A stretch of DNA of 64,000 bases from Escherichia phage ETEC-TG. Both the position numbers and the translations under genes were made by a program. This document shows positions 10,485 through 19,992 of this stretch, piece after piece. The DNA is taken from the sequence record OR786310.1; one strand, written 5' to 3'. Numbering within the stretch: the stretch's first letter is position 1; the number at the start of each line of letters is the position of its first letter. The notes beneath the pieces were generated by a model, which was not told where the DNA came from, searched no databases, and worked only from the letters and a program-made list of their open reading frames with translations.

Positions 10485-10727
10485 ATGAGAAAATTTTTAA
10501 TAGGTATGTTTTGTACATATCCTGATAATAAAGTCAGTTCTACGAAAGTCTGGAACGCTGTAGGTATGTCGGTTATGACAGGCATGTTTATCTTTTTAGG
10601 AATAGAAAAAGAAATTCCTGAATGGATGGGTTGGGCTTTTGTTTTCATGATAACTCCTTCTCGCCTCATGAAAAATCTTATTGATTTACGCTGGGGCAGA
10701 TCACAATCTACCAAAGAGGATGACTAA
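10485..10727 (+). CDS. Small membrane protein (two predicted TM helices; holin-like)
   Basis: 80 aa, GGGGAG RBS, two hydrophobic stretches, charged C-terminus. Confidence 0.4.
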   Translation: MRKFLIGMFCTYPDNKVSSTKVWNAVGMSVMTGMFIFLGIEKEIPEWMGWAFVFMITPSRLMKNLIDLRWGRSQSTKEDD

Positions 10728-12214
10728 TGGACGAATATGGTTTGACAGATGCGGGATTTGTAATCCCGACTTTTGACGATGTTTTAAACAACTACATGAC
10801 AGCAGTAAAAAACACATTTGGTGCAGATGCAGCCACTTCGGAAGATACTGTGATCGGACAACTGTTTAGAATAATTGCATACACAGATTACACATTGTGG
10901 GAAGGTATGCAAGGTGTTTATAATACTCAAACACTAGATGGTGCAGAAGGTATTTATCTTGACGAAATCTTTTCTAAACGCGGTTTCTATCGAGCAGGGG
11001 CAGCAGCAAGTACAGGGTATGCCTATGTTAAGAGTAATAACAAAGCAGCTTGGACTTATGAGTTAGGCACAGATATTTACTTCAACTCTGATAGTGATAT
11101 GAACTACTATGTTAGCACACCAACTATGTTGAATGCTAAGATTGCAGCTTATCAAATCTCCCGTGCTAATGCAACAGCTACAGGTGTTCCAAATATTACT
11201 TTTTATGCACAAAGTGCGGTAGATGGAGGATTAAACAGTAAAACACTTGCACCTGGTTCTTCTACATTTATAACCGATCTTGAAACTTTTATCAAGGCGA
11301 ATTTAACAGAAGCTGATCGTAGTCTTGTATTTTCTGATTCAGGTAACTTGTCAATTGGTTTTACTTCTTTAACCAGTGATACTCCAGTGGGACTAGTAAC
11401 TCCTATCAAATTTTATGCCAGTGTTCCAGTTGGAACCAAATGGAGTGAAATTCCAGTAGTTGCAGCAGAGAAAGGATACAATCCTGTTGGTGTGGAGTCT
11501 ATTACAGGGATATCTTCTACCTTTACAGGTTATCTTGACAGTGGTAACTTTTATTCGTTTTCTCCTGGTCGGGATGTTGAGACAGACGCAGAATTCCGCT
11601 CTCGTTTCAATGACAACGTTGATGAAGCTAACGCAGGGACACGAGCAGCTATTGTGAAAGCTCTGTTACTTACAGATGGTGTCACTAAGGTGAAGATTTA
11701 TGATAACCCTACGTTACATGATCAAGAACACGCTCCGGCTATGACTTTCCAGACTATAGTGTATGGTGGCAGTGCAGAAGAAATTGCAAATGTTATCTAT
11801 AAAACCAAACCAATCAACACTTTGACACACGGAACAACTAACATAACAGTTACAACAGAAGATGGAGGACAAGAAATTATTCGCTTCTCTCCTGGTGCTT
11901 CTGCTATGTATTCCGTAAAACTTGTTTATCAAACTGTCAACGGAACAACTTTAAGTGGAACAGAAAAACAAAACATCGTAGAAGCTTTACAAAACCTGCA
12001 AGCTTACTTTGAGTTAGGTTCTTCAGTAACAAACGATCAAATCAAAGGTGTTATTTATGCAGCACTTGCTTTTGGACGCTTGACTTCTCTTCGTGTTTAT
12101 GTTAAACTTAATACTGAGGATGACAGTAAATATACAGAGAATAATATAGTTCCTGCTTATAATGTTGTCCCTTCTTTTGACCTTGATAACATTTCTTACG
12201 AGTATGGAGTGTAA
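10727..12214 (+). CDS. Baseplate J-like protein (gp6/gpJ family)
   Basis: 495 aa; N-terminal region (FVIPTFDDVL...LDGAEGIYLDEIFSKRGFYRAGAAASTGY) resembles the Baseplate_J family; context. Confidence 0.55.
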   Translation: MDEYGLTDAGFVIPTFDDVLNNYMTAVKNTFGADAATSEDTVIGQLFRIIAYTDYTLWEGMQGVYNTQTLDGAEGIYLDEIFSKRGFYRAGAAASTGYAYVKSNNKAAWTYELGTDIYFNSDSDMNYYVSTPTMLNAKIAAYQISRANATATGVPNITFYAQSAVDGGLNSKTLAPGSSTFITDLETFIKANLTEADRSLVFSDSGNLSIGFTSLTSDTPVGLVTPIKFYASVPVGTKWSEIPVVAAEKGYNPVGVESITGISSTFTGYLDSGNFYSFSPGRDVETDAEFRSRFNDNVDEANAGTRAAIVKALLLTDGVTKVKIYDNPTLHDQEHAPAMTFQTIVYGGSAEEIANVIYKTKPINTLTHGTTNITVTTEDGGQEIIRFSPGASAMYSVKLVYQTVNGTTLSGTEKQNIVEALQNLQAYFELGSSVTNDQIKGVIYAALAFGRLTSLRVYVKLNTEDDSKYTENNIVPAYNVVPSFDLDNISYEYGV

Positions 12215-12216
12215 AA

Positions 12217-12846
12217 ATGGCAGTGAGTGTTGACCATGTAACAACTTGGGCCAGTATCAATGAAGATGTTAAAAACCTTCTGATTGAAGATTTTAAATCT
12301 TCTCCTAACATTGTCAAGCTCCTCTACATCGTATCCAGTGAAAAGCAAAAGATAGATCAGGCAATGATCTATCTTGCTAAACACCGCTTGATCTCTACAG
12401 CCACAGGCAAATACCTAGATATTCTAGGGGAAGAAATGGGGATCGAACGTAATGGCTCTGATGATGAAGAGTATAGAACAATATTAAAAATCAGGGCTTA
12501 CCGCGTAGCCTCATCGGGGACTCGTGGTGACATAATTGATATCTTCGCCCGTTTCACAGGAACAGAGCGTGAAACGCTTAATACTTACGTAGGTTTGAAT
12601 AAAACCTTTGATGTGTTTTTCTACAACCTGTGTCTTCAATCTGATCAAGCTTTAGAGCAGTTGCTAAGTGTTTTCCCTATTATTAGTAGCTACCGTCTTG
12701 GAGCAAAAGCAGGATCAGCTTTTGGTTTTAGTTCTTATTATGCTACCAAACCGCCTCATGGTATTGGTGGTTTAGGTTCCCTGTACATGGAATCTACTGG
12801 GGATGAAACAGGACGCATGTGTACGCTTCTCAAGCAAATAGATTAA
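12217..12846 (+). CDS. Baseplate/tail protein, gpI-like
   Basis: 209 aa ORF directly after J-like gene, as in P2-type baseplate operons. Confidence 0.4.
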   Translation: MAVSVDHVTTWASINEDVKNLLIEDFKSSPNIVKLLYIVSSEKQKIDQAMIYLAKHRLISTATGKYLDILGEEMGIERNGSDDEEYRTILKIRAYRVASSGTRGDIIDIFARFTGTERETLNTYVGLNKTFDVFFYNLCLQSDQALEQLLSVFPIISSYRLGAKAGSAFGFSSYYATKPPHGIGGLGSLYMESTGDETGRMCTLLKQID

Positions 12847-12855
12847 GGAGTTTAA

Positions 12856-13917
12856 ATGGCGAAGCCAATATATTATCCTGACTGGGCTACACAAACTGTA
12901 ACGCTCCCAGGAACTTTAAACACAAACAAAATTAGACCTAAAGAAACGATCCGCACAGTTGGTATGGATTATGGTCAAATCATGACTTGCGAAGAAATGA
13001 ACTGGATTCTTAATAATATCGGTTTATGGATTCGCTATTTGGTGGATGACTTTCTTCCAACTTTACCTAATACCTACTTGCCTTTAGTGGGAACTAAGAT
13101 TACAATGGCAGGTGATGCTACTGGTGAGGCTACTTGGAACGGTAACAAAGAAGTTACTTTATCTATCCAGGTTCAAGATAACAGTCATAATCACTTGTCG
13201 GCAAACATTACAGATGCCACTAGTTCAACAGTAACACCAAACGTGCTGGTAAAACGTGATGCGGGTGGTGCTATTTATGGTGGCGATGTTTATGTTAACG
13301 GTACTTCCACAACAGATCCTGCAACACTGTTCTTCAAAAACTTTGCAGGACAAACAAATGGTGAGATTTCTGCCGAGTATCAAAGCGGAGGTCAGCTTTA
13401 TATTTATCGTAGAAATCCTAGCACAGGTAGTGTATCGGCAGGTGTTCGTTTATATGATGCAGGTTATGTTCTAATAGATAATCCAAGATCAAACAGTGGA
13501 CAAGATACTTCTAACGGAAATGCTTTAGTTCGTTTAGATTATCTGAACTCTCGTTTGACTTCCCTTCAGAACACATTGCAGACGAATATTAACACTGTTC
13601 AAAACAACTTGAATAATGTTAACAACAACCTCTCTTCTCGTATAAACAATGTAGAAAGTAATCATCAAAGTCAGATTACAAATAACTACAACTATGCTAA
13701 CGGAACCTTTGTAAGAGATATTCGTTATACTAGCCAAGGTGTGTATTATCCACCAGGGAACGAGGTTTCTTGGACTTATATCTGTTCTTCTGGTTATGTT
13801 CTTTCTGGTATTATCGTACAGGAAACAGGACGTAGCTCTGCGGATAACATCGGTGGGGTTTACTTCAAACGCCTCCAGCGCAACGTTAACGGAAACTGGT
13901 ACGATATTGGAGGCTAA
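12856..13917 (+). CDS. Tail fibre protein with coiled-coil shaft
   Basis: 353 aa; Asn/Gln-rich heptad region LNSRLTSLQNTLQTNINTVQNNLNNVNNNLSSRINNVESN; followed by a tail-fibre assembly gene. Confidence 0.55.
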   Translation: MAKPIYYPDWATQTVTLPGTLNTNKIRPKETIRTVGMDYGQIMTCEEMNWILNNIGLWIRYLVDDFLPTLPNTYLPLVGTKITMAGDATGEATWNGNKEVTLSIQVQDNSHNHLSANITDATSSTVTPNVLVKRDAGGAIYGGDVYVNGTSTTDPATLFFKNFAGQTNGEISAEYQSGGQLYIYRRNPSTGSVSAGVRLYDAGYVLIDNPRSNSGQDTSNGNALVRLDYLNSRLTSLQNTLQTNINTVQNNLNNVNNNLSSRINNVESNHQSQITNNYNYANGTFVRDIRYTSQGVYYPPGNEVSWTYICSSGYVLSGIIVQETGRSSADNIGGVYFKRLQRNVNGNWYDIGG

Positions 13918-14463
13918 ATGATATTTACAAACTTTAAAAAATATATTCCTGAAGACCCTGAACTAAAAGAATTGGTAGAAGCAGAGAACATTCTTTTTCT
14001 TCGTTGCGATCAAGGTTACGATTGGTATGATTTACGTAGCACAGAATTCAATAACGATAAAATGAAAGTCGTTTTTGATGATCAAAATCGTATTGTGTTT
14101 TGGAATACTGATCCTACACTACTTTGCCCTGAAGATCTTTCTATAGCACAAGTAGATTTTAATATAGATACTTTTGAGGATATTAGGAACAAGGTTCTGG
14201 ATTTAGAAACCTTAACTCTTAAGGATAAAGAGTATTCCCGTGAAGAGTTGATGACACAAGCTAGTGCAAAAATTCGCTCTTTACAAGAAACAGCGGTAGC
14301 ACTTATAACACCTTTACAGTATGCTAAAGATTTAGAAATGGCTACTGAAGACGAATTAGCTTATCTTAAAAATCTTCAAGTTTATGTAGTTAAACTAAAT
14401 CGTGTTCCGCTTCAAAAAGACTATCCTTACGCTATAGATTGGCCTACATTACCGACAGAATAA
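13918..14463 (+). CDS. Tail fibre assembly chaperone (Caudo_TAP-like)
   Basis: 181 aa; C-terminal DYPYAIDWPTLP resembles the tail-fibre assembly protein family C-terminus; located after a fibre gene. Confidence 0.55.
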   Translation: MIFTNFKKYIPEDPELKELVEAENILFLRCDQGYDWYDLRSTEFNNDKMKVVFDDQNRIVFWNTDPTLLCPEDLSIAQVDFNIDTFEDIRNKVLDLETLTLKDKEYSREELMTQASAKIRSLQETAVALITPLQYAKDLEMATEDELAYLKNLQVYVVKLNRVPLQKDYPYAIDWPTLPTE

Positions 14464-14472
14464 GGGATCACT

Positions 14473-14808
14473 ATGGAATTTCAAGAAGCATGGGGACTTG
14501 CAAAGGATGCAATAATCCCTTTAATCGGAGTCATCTGGTTCTTTTTCAAACAAAAAATGGATAAATTCGGCTCTGATCTTGAGGAAATGGAGGAGAAAAG
14601 TCGAGAGCTAGAGAAGAAGTTGGTCTTTGTTGAATCAACTTACGCAACTAAAGCCGAACTTACCCAGATGCTAAATCAAATTAACTCTACATTAATGGCA
14701 AATAACAACACCCTTGAGCAAAAAATTGAAAAGATTATGGACCTCAAGAATGCGACTATCCAAATGATGCTAGATGACATAGTTAAACGTACACAGAATA
14801 AGGGGTAA
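14473..14808 (+). CDS. Small membrane-anchored coiled-coil protein
   Basis: 111 aa; N-terminal hydrophobic helix (IIPLIGVIWFFF) followed by charged coiled-coil. Confidence 0.4.
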   Translation: MEFQEAWGLAKDAIIPLIGVIWFFFKQKMDKFGSDLEEMEEKSRELEKKLVFVESTYATKAELTQMLNQINSTLMANNNTLEQKIEKIMDLKNATIQMMLDDIVKRTQNKG

Positions 14809-14811
14809 TTA

Positions 14812-17800
14812 ATGGCAACATTCCCAACATATCCAGCAACGTCTCTCGAACAGGGCGTAGACCTGGTTATTTTCTCATCTAACCAACTCCATGATGTTAT
14901 TAATGGAAGTGCTACAGAGAGTATTGAAACAGAATCAGGGTTGATACCAACCCTGAGAAAAGCCCTTGTTGACAACTTTTTCTTTAAAAGCCCATTGGAT
15001 TGGGCGCAAGGCACAAACGAAACAGTTTTTAACCAACTTCGTTATTTCCAGAATGGAGTATTGAGCGGTTATTACTATGCTCCTAACGCTACATTGGTTA
15101 ACCCAATCCCTATGCAAGGGACTCCAGTAGGAGATAACAACTGGGTATTGTGGGGACTGAAAACAGAACAATTAGCAACAGAAGTCACCCCGTGGGTATA
15201 CTCTGGTGCAACTGGTTATGAAACAGTAATTAGTCCTCCTTACATCTTTGATAGTGCTATTGTTACGATCAATGGTGTTATTCAGGTTCTGGGGGAAGCT
15301 TTCCGTATAGAAGACAGTAAGATCATCTTATCTGAACCTTTGGGACACGATCCTGCAACAGGACTGCCAAACAAGCTTTTTGCTTATATTGGTAAAATCG
15401 TAGCTTCAGCAGATACAGATCCTAATCTAGAGAACCGTCTTGTTAGTTTAGAAACAAAAACGGAAGAACTAACAGAAAGCATGGATAAAGTCCCTCTGCA
15501 AGCTATTGCTCGTAAGTATGGTTTGTTAGATGATGAGGTGGCTTACGCAACAGCAGGTCAATCGTTAACAGGGATTAAAGCTCTGTATGATCCGGTAGCA
15601 CAGTCTTCCTACACATTACCTCCTAACATCACAGGAACTTTAACATCCTTATCTGTTTCTGGAGTAATGACTTATTCTGGAGGATCTGTAGACCTTTCTG
15701 CACTGGCTGTTGAGCGTGGACAGTTTGTTCATTTGCCTACAAGCTTTGGTAATAACGTAACTCTGACAGCTAAAAATCAGACGATTGGACGTGGTGCTGG
15801 TCGTTATCGTTGGGCTGGAAGTTTACCAAAAAGTATTTTGGCCTCTGATACATTGGAGACAAGCGGAGGATTAGGTCCAAATGCATGGGTTCTGACTAAT
15901 ACAGAAGGACTGTTAACCCCTCGTGGTGGAACATACAACGATCTATTCGATGTTGTCTACTTGTCAGAATTTGCTAACAATACAACTACCTATACCACAC
16001 CAGAAGCAGCTTTCCAGGCGGCACTGTTAGCAGCAAAAGCTTCGAAAAGCAAGATTCTCGATGCTTACGGTTGCGACATGACTTTCACGACAAGCTCTTT
16101 TGATATTCAAGATATCACTTTGCGTGGTGGTGTGTTCCGTGGTCAACGCGACTATCGTGTGCAGAATGCTACAGTAGAAGGCACAACTTTCCGTAACTCT
16201 CGTGTTATGTATTGGGGTGGTGCTGTGCGCATGTTCGATTGTTTGTGGGACGGTGCTCCTCGCGCAGGTCAAGTTGGTAGCTTGGTATTCCAAGGCAACC
16301 CAATATCAGGTACTTTTGAAATTGATAATTGTACTTTTAAAAACGGGTTATATGGCATTCTTCAACAAGGAACAGGGGAACCAGTAACACGCGGTGTCTT
16401 CCGTAACCTTACCTTCATGGACATGCAAGGTGATGCAATAGAACTGAACGTCATCAATAAACATTATGACGATGGTTGTGTGATTGAGAATATTTACCTG
16501 TCTAATATCGATGGGACTAACGCTCCTATTCCTCTGTCCAACTGGGGTATCGGTATCGGTGTAGCTGGTAAAGGACCATATGGTTACGGAATCCCTGATG
16601 ATCAATATTGTAAGAACATTACAATTCGTAACGTTTTTGCAAAACGTTGTCGTCAGATTGTCCACGTAGAAGTTGGTCGTAATATCTCTATCGAAAACAT
16701 TCATGGCGATCCAGATCAAACCGTATCTGTTGGGACAGGTTTGGCAACTGGCGCAGTTGTAATGTATGGAAGTAAAGACTTTACGATTGATGGTGTTTAT
16801 GGAGAGCCTAAAACAGACGGTAGCACACTTGCAAGTAATATCCGTATGATTTACTTGGAGTGGGGAACTAACGCAGTTCTGGATGAAGAGGGTAATCCGG
16901 TAGTTCCGGCACAAGGCAGACCTTCAAACCCATGCTTTAACTATTCTGTTCGTAACATTCACACCAAAACTGGGCGTGTTTTTGCGGGAGTTTCCGCTGG
17001 GCCAGGTTATGAAAACAGAGTTAGCTTTGAAAATATTCGTTGCGCTGCCTTGCAGTTGTTCGGTATAGCTTCTTGGCTTTCAATGTCTAACATCACCTGT
17101 AATATCTTCGATTGTGTTGGTCAACCTGAATCTGGTCCAGGGACATTTTATGATGGATTCTTCCGTAGAGAAAAATCTGTTCTTGAAATGGTTAACGTAA
17201 ACTGTTACCCAGATGGCAAGACGATGGTTACTGGTCGTCCACAGTGGAGCCGTTGCCGTTACTCGGATATTCATCGTGTCAACTGTAATGTTGAAGCTAA
17301 TATGTATACCAATATCGCAGGTGGTATTGGAGCTATTGTAGGGACAACGGGCAAAGTTTATTACTTAGAGCCTAATCCTAGTCGAAACATTGATGGAATG
17401 CATTTCCCAACAGGGAAAGAGTTTGACAAAGGGGATATGATAGTCAAGGCGGATAATACGTTCTTCCTTGTAACAACAAGTGGGGCATATATTCCAGATA
17501 TCCCAGCTTTCGGTATTCGAGCTACACAGGCAGGAGATACCTTCCTGACACAGAACTTGACTCCTAACGGGACAGCAACAAATGCTTCTTGGTTGTATCA
17601 TTACCCTCTGTCAGCAGGGACACGTATCCGTATTCCTGGCGCTGGTGTAGGTGGAGCAGATTTGGACACAGTTATTACTCGTGCACCTTATCAAGATAAT
17701 GATACGTGGACTAACCCAGTTAAAATAGACATTGCAGATCCAATTGTAACGCCTACAAGTGCTGGAGTTAGAATTAAAACCATACCTAATGATTCCAGTA

Positions 17801-17865
17801 ATGTTTCTGTAGGTAATACTGCGGTTATTCGCCCAACGCCAGTAGTAGATGTGCCAACAACCTAA
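14812..17865 (+). CDS. Tailspike protein (second, beta-helix-type; putative depolymerase)
   Basis: 1017 aa; elevated GC; repetitive Gly/Asn-rich body; many overlapping antisense ORFs typical of GC-rich insert. Confidence 0.5.
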   Translation: MATFPTYPATSLEQGVDLVIFSSNQLHDVINGSATESIETESGLIPTLRKALVDNFFFKSPLDWAQGTNETVFNQLRYFQNGVLSGYYYAPNATLVNPIPMQGTPVGDNNWVLWGLKTEQLATEVTPWVYSGATGYETVISPPYIFDSAIVTINGVIQVLGEAFRIEDSKIILSEPLGHDPATGLPNKLFAYIGKIVASADTDPNLENRLVSLETKTEELTESMDKVPLQAIARKYGLLDDEVAYATAGQSLTGIKALYDPVAQSSYTLPPNITGTLTSLSVSGVMTYSGGSVDLSALAVERGQFVHLPTSFGNNVTLTAKNQTIGRGAGRYRWAGSLPKSILASDTLETSGGLGPNAWVLTNTEGLLTPRGGTYNDLFDVVYLSEFANNTTTYTTPEAAFQAALLAAKASKSKILDAYGCDMTFTTSSFDIQDITLRGGVFRGQRDYRVQNATVEGTTFRNSRVMYWGGAVRMFDCLWDGAPRAGQVGSLVFQGNPISGTFEIDNCTFKNGLYGILQQGTGEPVTRGVFRNLTFMDMQGDAIELNVINKHYDDGCVIENIYLSNIDGTNAPIPLSNWGIGIGVAGKGPYGYGIPDDQYCKNITIRNVFAKRCRQIVHVEVGRNISIENIHGDPDQTVSVGTGLATGAVVMYGSKDFTIDGVYGEPKTDGSTLASNIRMIYLEWGTNAVLDEEGNPVVPAQGRPSNPCFNYSVRNIHTKTGRVFAGVSAGPGYENRVSFENIRCAALQLFGIASWLSMSNITCNIFDCVGQPESGPGTFYDGFFRREKSVLEMVNVNCYPDGKTMVTGRPQWSRCRYSDIHRVNCNVEANMYTNIAGGIGAIVGTTGKVYYLEPNPSRNIDGMHFPTGKEFDKGDMIVKADNTFFLVTTSGAYIPDIPAFGIRATQAGDTFLTQNLTPNGTATNASWLYHYPLSAGTRIRIPGAGVGGADLDTVITRAPYQDNDTWTNPVKIDIADPIVTPTSAGVRIKTIPNDSSNVSVGNTAVIRPTPVVDVPTT

Positions 17866-17871
17866 TGGAAT

Positions 17872-17890
17872 AGAGGGGGATTCCCCCTCT
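17872..17890 (+). terminator. Stem-loop AGAGGGGGA-TT-CCCCCTCT after tailspike gene
   Basis: Perfect 8-bp G/C-rich inverted repeat 7 nt after stop; weak T-tract. Confidence 0.4.
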
Positions 17891-17926
17891 TCTTCCAATA
17901 GAATGGTCTAATGATAGGAGAGATAA

Positions 17927-19951
17927 ATGAATTTAACAAGACCTAATAGTGCGATAGCCGATCTGGTAGAAGCTACTTATCGAAAACGTCGCAGCTTTGA
18001 GGCAGGTTTTACATTACGTAATTCCCGTGAAGTTTTGCTGTTAGCAGCAGAAGGGAATTATTACCAATGGAAAGGAACTTTTCCTAAAGTTGTTCCAGCA
18101 AACTCTACGCCAGCCACCACAGGTGGTATTTCTTCCCTTGCATGGCAAAGTGTTGGGACTGCTGATGATATAGCAATTATCAATGCCAAGTTTACGGCAA
18201 TGCAGCAACAGATTGATGATCTGTCGGAAACAATACCTGAAGCTGGTAAATCGGCTTATCAGATCGCACTTGATAATGGTTTTGTTGGAACAGAAGCACA
18301 ATGGCTTGCTTCTTTGAAAGGGGATACTGGTGCTCAACTTAATATTAAAGGATCATTAGCAAACACTAGTGAACTACCATCCACAGGTAACGTTGCAGGG
18401 GATGGTTATATCGTAGGTGATGTAATCTACGCTTGGGATGGTTCTGTTTGGAAACTTATTTCTTCTCTTGGGCCAGAAGGTAAATCAGCTTACGAGGTAT
18501 GGTTGGCAGATGGTAATACAGGATCTGTTTATGATTTTCTTACCTCTATAAAAGGTGATAAAGGTGATGTTGGTCCTACAGGGCCACAGGGAGCACCTGG
18601 TGTTAACGCCAACGGTTTTGATTATCGTGGGGATTTGCCTTCTACAAGTAACTTACCACAACCAAACTCTGAAAACGTAAGTCAAGCTTATTCTATCAAT
18701 GGTAATCTTTATGTCTCTAATGGGACAGCTTGGGTCAACATGGGTAATATTGTTGGTCCTCAAGGTCCACAAGGTGAGGCAGGTAAAGACGGTCTTGATG
18801 GAACAGATGGAGATGAAGGGAAATCTGCATATCAAAGTTGGCTGGATGCTGGTAATGAAGGGACAGAAGTAGATTTTATTGCCTCACTTAAAGGTCCAAA
18901 AGGAGACAAAGGTGATCAAGGAGAGCGAGGTCCACAAGGTGAACTAGGTCCACAAGGACCAGTGGGTGCAACAGGATCAGGCTTAGATATTATCGGGGTT
19001 CTGAACAGTGAAGCTGAACTTCCTCCTACCGGAGAAGTAGGTGATGCATATAAAATTAATAATGATTTATATGTTTGGGTTCAAGATGCTACGGAATGGA
19101 TGAATGTTGGCAGTCTTGGAGGAACATCAATTACAGCTAAAGGTCATGTTCCGAACAGTGAAGCTCTCCCTGTTTATAATAACTATGGCGATGCCTACTT
19201 AACTGAAGACACTAGTAATCTTTACATCTATACCTACGATCAAGACACCAATTCCGCATCTTTTGTTGACATGGGAAGTATTAAAGGCGACAAAGGTGAA
19301 AAAGGGGATAAAGGAGATAAGGGTGATCCTGGAACAAACGGAACCAACGGTACTGATGGGACCAACGGTAAGGACGGCGCACAGTGGTTTGTAGCAACAA
19401 CTAATCCAGTTGCAGGAGACGGTGTTATCAATGATTACGCCTTCAATACTACCACTGGAGCAGTGTTTAAGAAAACAGATTCTTCTACGTGGACGCTTAT
19501 AGGCACTCTTCCTAGTATACCAGAAGCCCCTCAAGACGGCTTGACGTATGGTCGGTCTGATGGAAACTGGATCGAAATATCAGGATCAGATCCTACGGAA
19601 GCTATAACACCAACTAGAGTTACAGCAGGTTTCATGGAACTTGAAACAACTGCTGCCAACTCTGGAGCATCTTGGACTCCTTCTGGAACTTCCAATATGT
19701 ATGTTGTTACAGTAACTGATGCTCTGACAGTTGGAGCATGGCCTGGTGTCACTGGCTCTACAAAACCTAAAGCGTTTTCAGCAATGATTTATTTGATTCA
19801 AGATACAACGGGACACACGGTTACACTAGATGCGTCTTATGGAGCACTAAATGATACAGAAATAGCAACTGCTGCTAACGCAGTAACAATTTTGCAATTA
19901 ACGTATCCTGGTGTGGGTGATATCGTGGACATGGTTGTTGTAACACGATAA
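17927..19951 (+). CDS. Tail fibre protein with collagen-like G-X-Y repeats
   Basis: 674 aa; several G-X-Y runs (GPQGPQGEAGKDGLDGTDGDEG; GDKGEKGDKGDKGDPGTNGTNGTDGTNGKDG) alternating with two recurring sequence modules. Confidence 0.6.
   Translation: MNLTRPNSAIADLVEATYRKRRSFEAGFTLRNSREVLLLAAEGNYYQWKGTFPKVVPANSTPATTGGISSLAWQSVGTADDIAIINAKFTAMQQQIDDLSETIPEAGKSAYQIALDNGFVGTEAQWLASLKGDTGAQLNIKGSLANTSELPSTGNVAGDGYIVGDVIYAWDGSVWKLISSLGPEGKSAYEVWLADGNTGSVYDFLTSIKGDKGDVGPTGPQGAPGVNANGFDYRGDLPSTSNLPQPNSENVSQAYSINGNLYVSNGTAWVNMGNIVGPQGPQGEAGKDGLDGTDGDEGKSAYQSWLDAGNEGTEVDFIASLKGPKGDKGDQGERGPQGELGPQGPVGATGSGLDIIGVLNSEAELPPTGEVGDAYKINNDLYVWVQDATEWMNVGSLGGTSITAKGHVPNSEALPVYNNYGDAYLTEDTSNLYIYTYDQDTNSASFVDMGSIKGDKGEKGDKGDKGDPGTNGTNGTDGTNGKDGAQWFVATTNPVAGDGVINDYAFNTTTGAVFKKTDSSTWTLIGTLPSIPEAPQDGLTYGRSDGNWIEISGSDPTEAITPTRVTAGFMELETTAANSGASWTPSGTSNMYVVTVTDALTVGAWPGVTGSTKPKAFSAMIYLIQDTTGHTVTLDASYGALNDTEIATAANAVTILQLTYPGVGDIVDMVVVTR
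19285..19378 (+). repeat. Triplet-periodic GGN-NNN-NNN coding repeat (collagen-like tract)
   Basis: ggcgacaaaggtgaaaaaggggataaaggagataagggtgatcctggaacaaacggaaccaacggt... Confidence 0.6.
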
Positions 19952-19955
19952 CAGA

Positions 19956-19979
19956 AGCCCCGAAAGGGGCTTTCTTTTT
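19956..19979 (+). terminator. Rho-independent terminator (GCCCC-GAAA-GGGGC + T-tract)
   Basis: Hairpin with GAAA tetraloop followed by TTTCTTTTT directly after stop of fibre gene. Confidence 0.7.
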
Positions 19980-19992
19980 ATGGAGGGTTTAA

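Noticed and set aside
16027-17898. Antisense ORFs (16027-16293, 16348-16914, 17080-17274, 17365-17601, 17611-17898) within the second tailspike gene
   Set aside because: Same reasoning: compositional artefacts opposite a 1017-aa ORF; Cys-rich low-complexity translations.
18500-19400. CRISPR-like or tandem DNA repeat array
   Set aside because: Periodicity is 9 nt (G-X-Y codons) within a long ORF, not spacer-repeat units; it is a collagen-like coding repeat.
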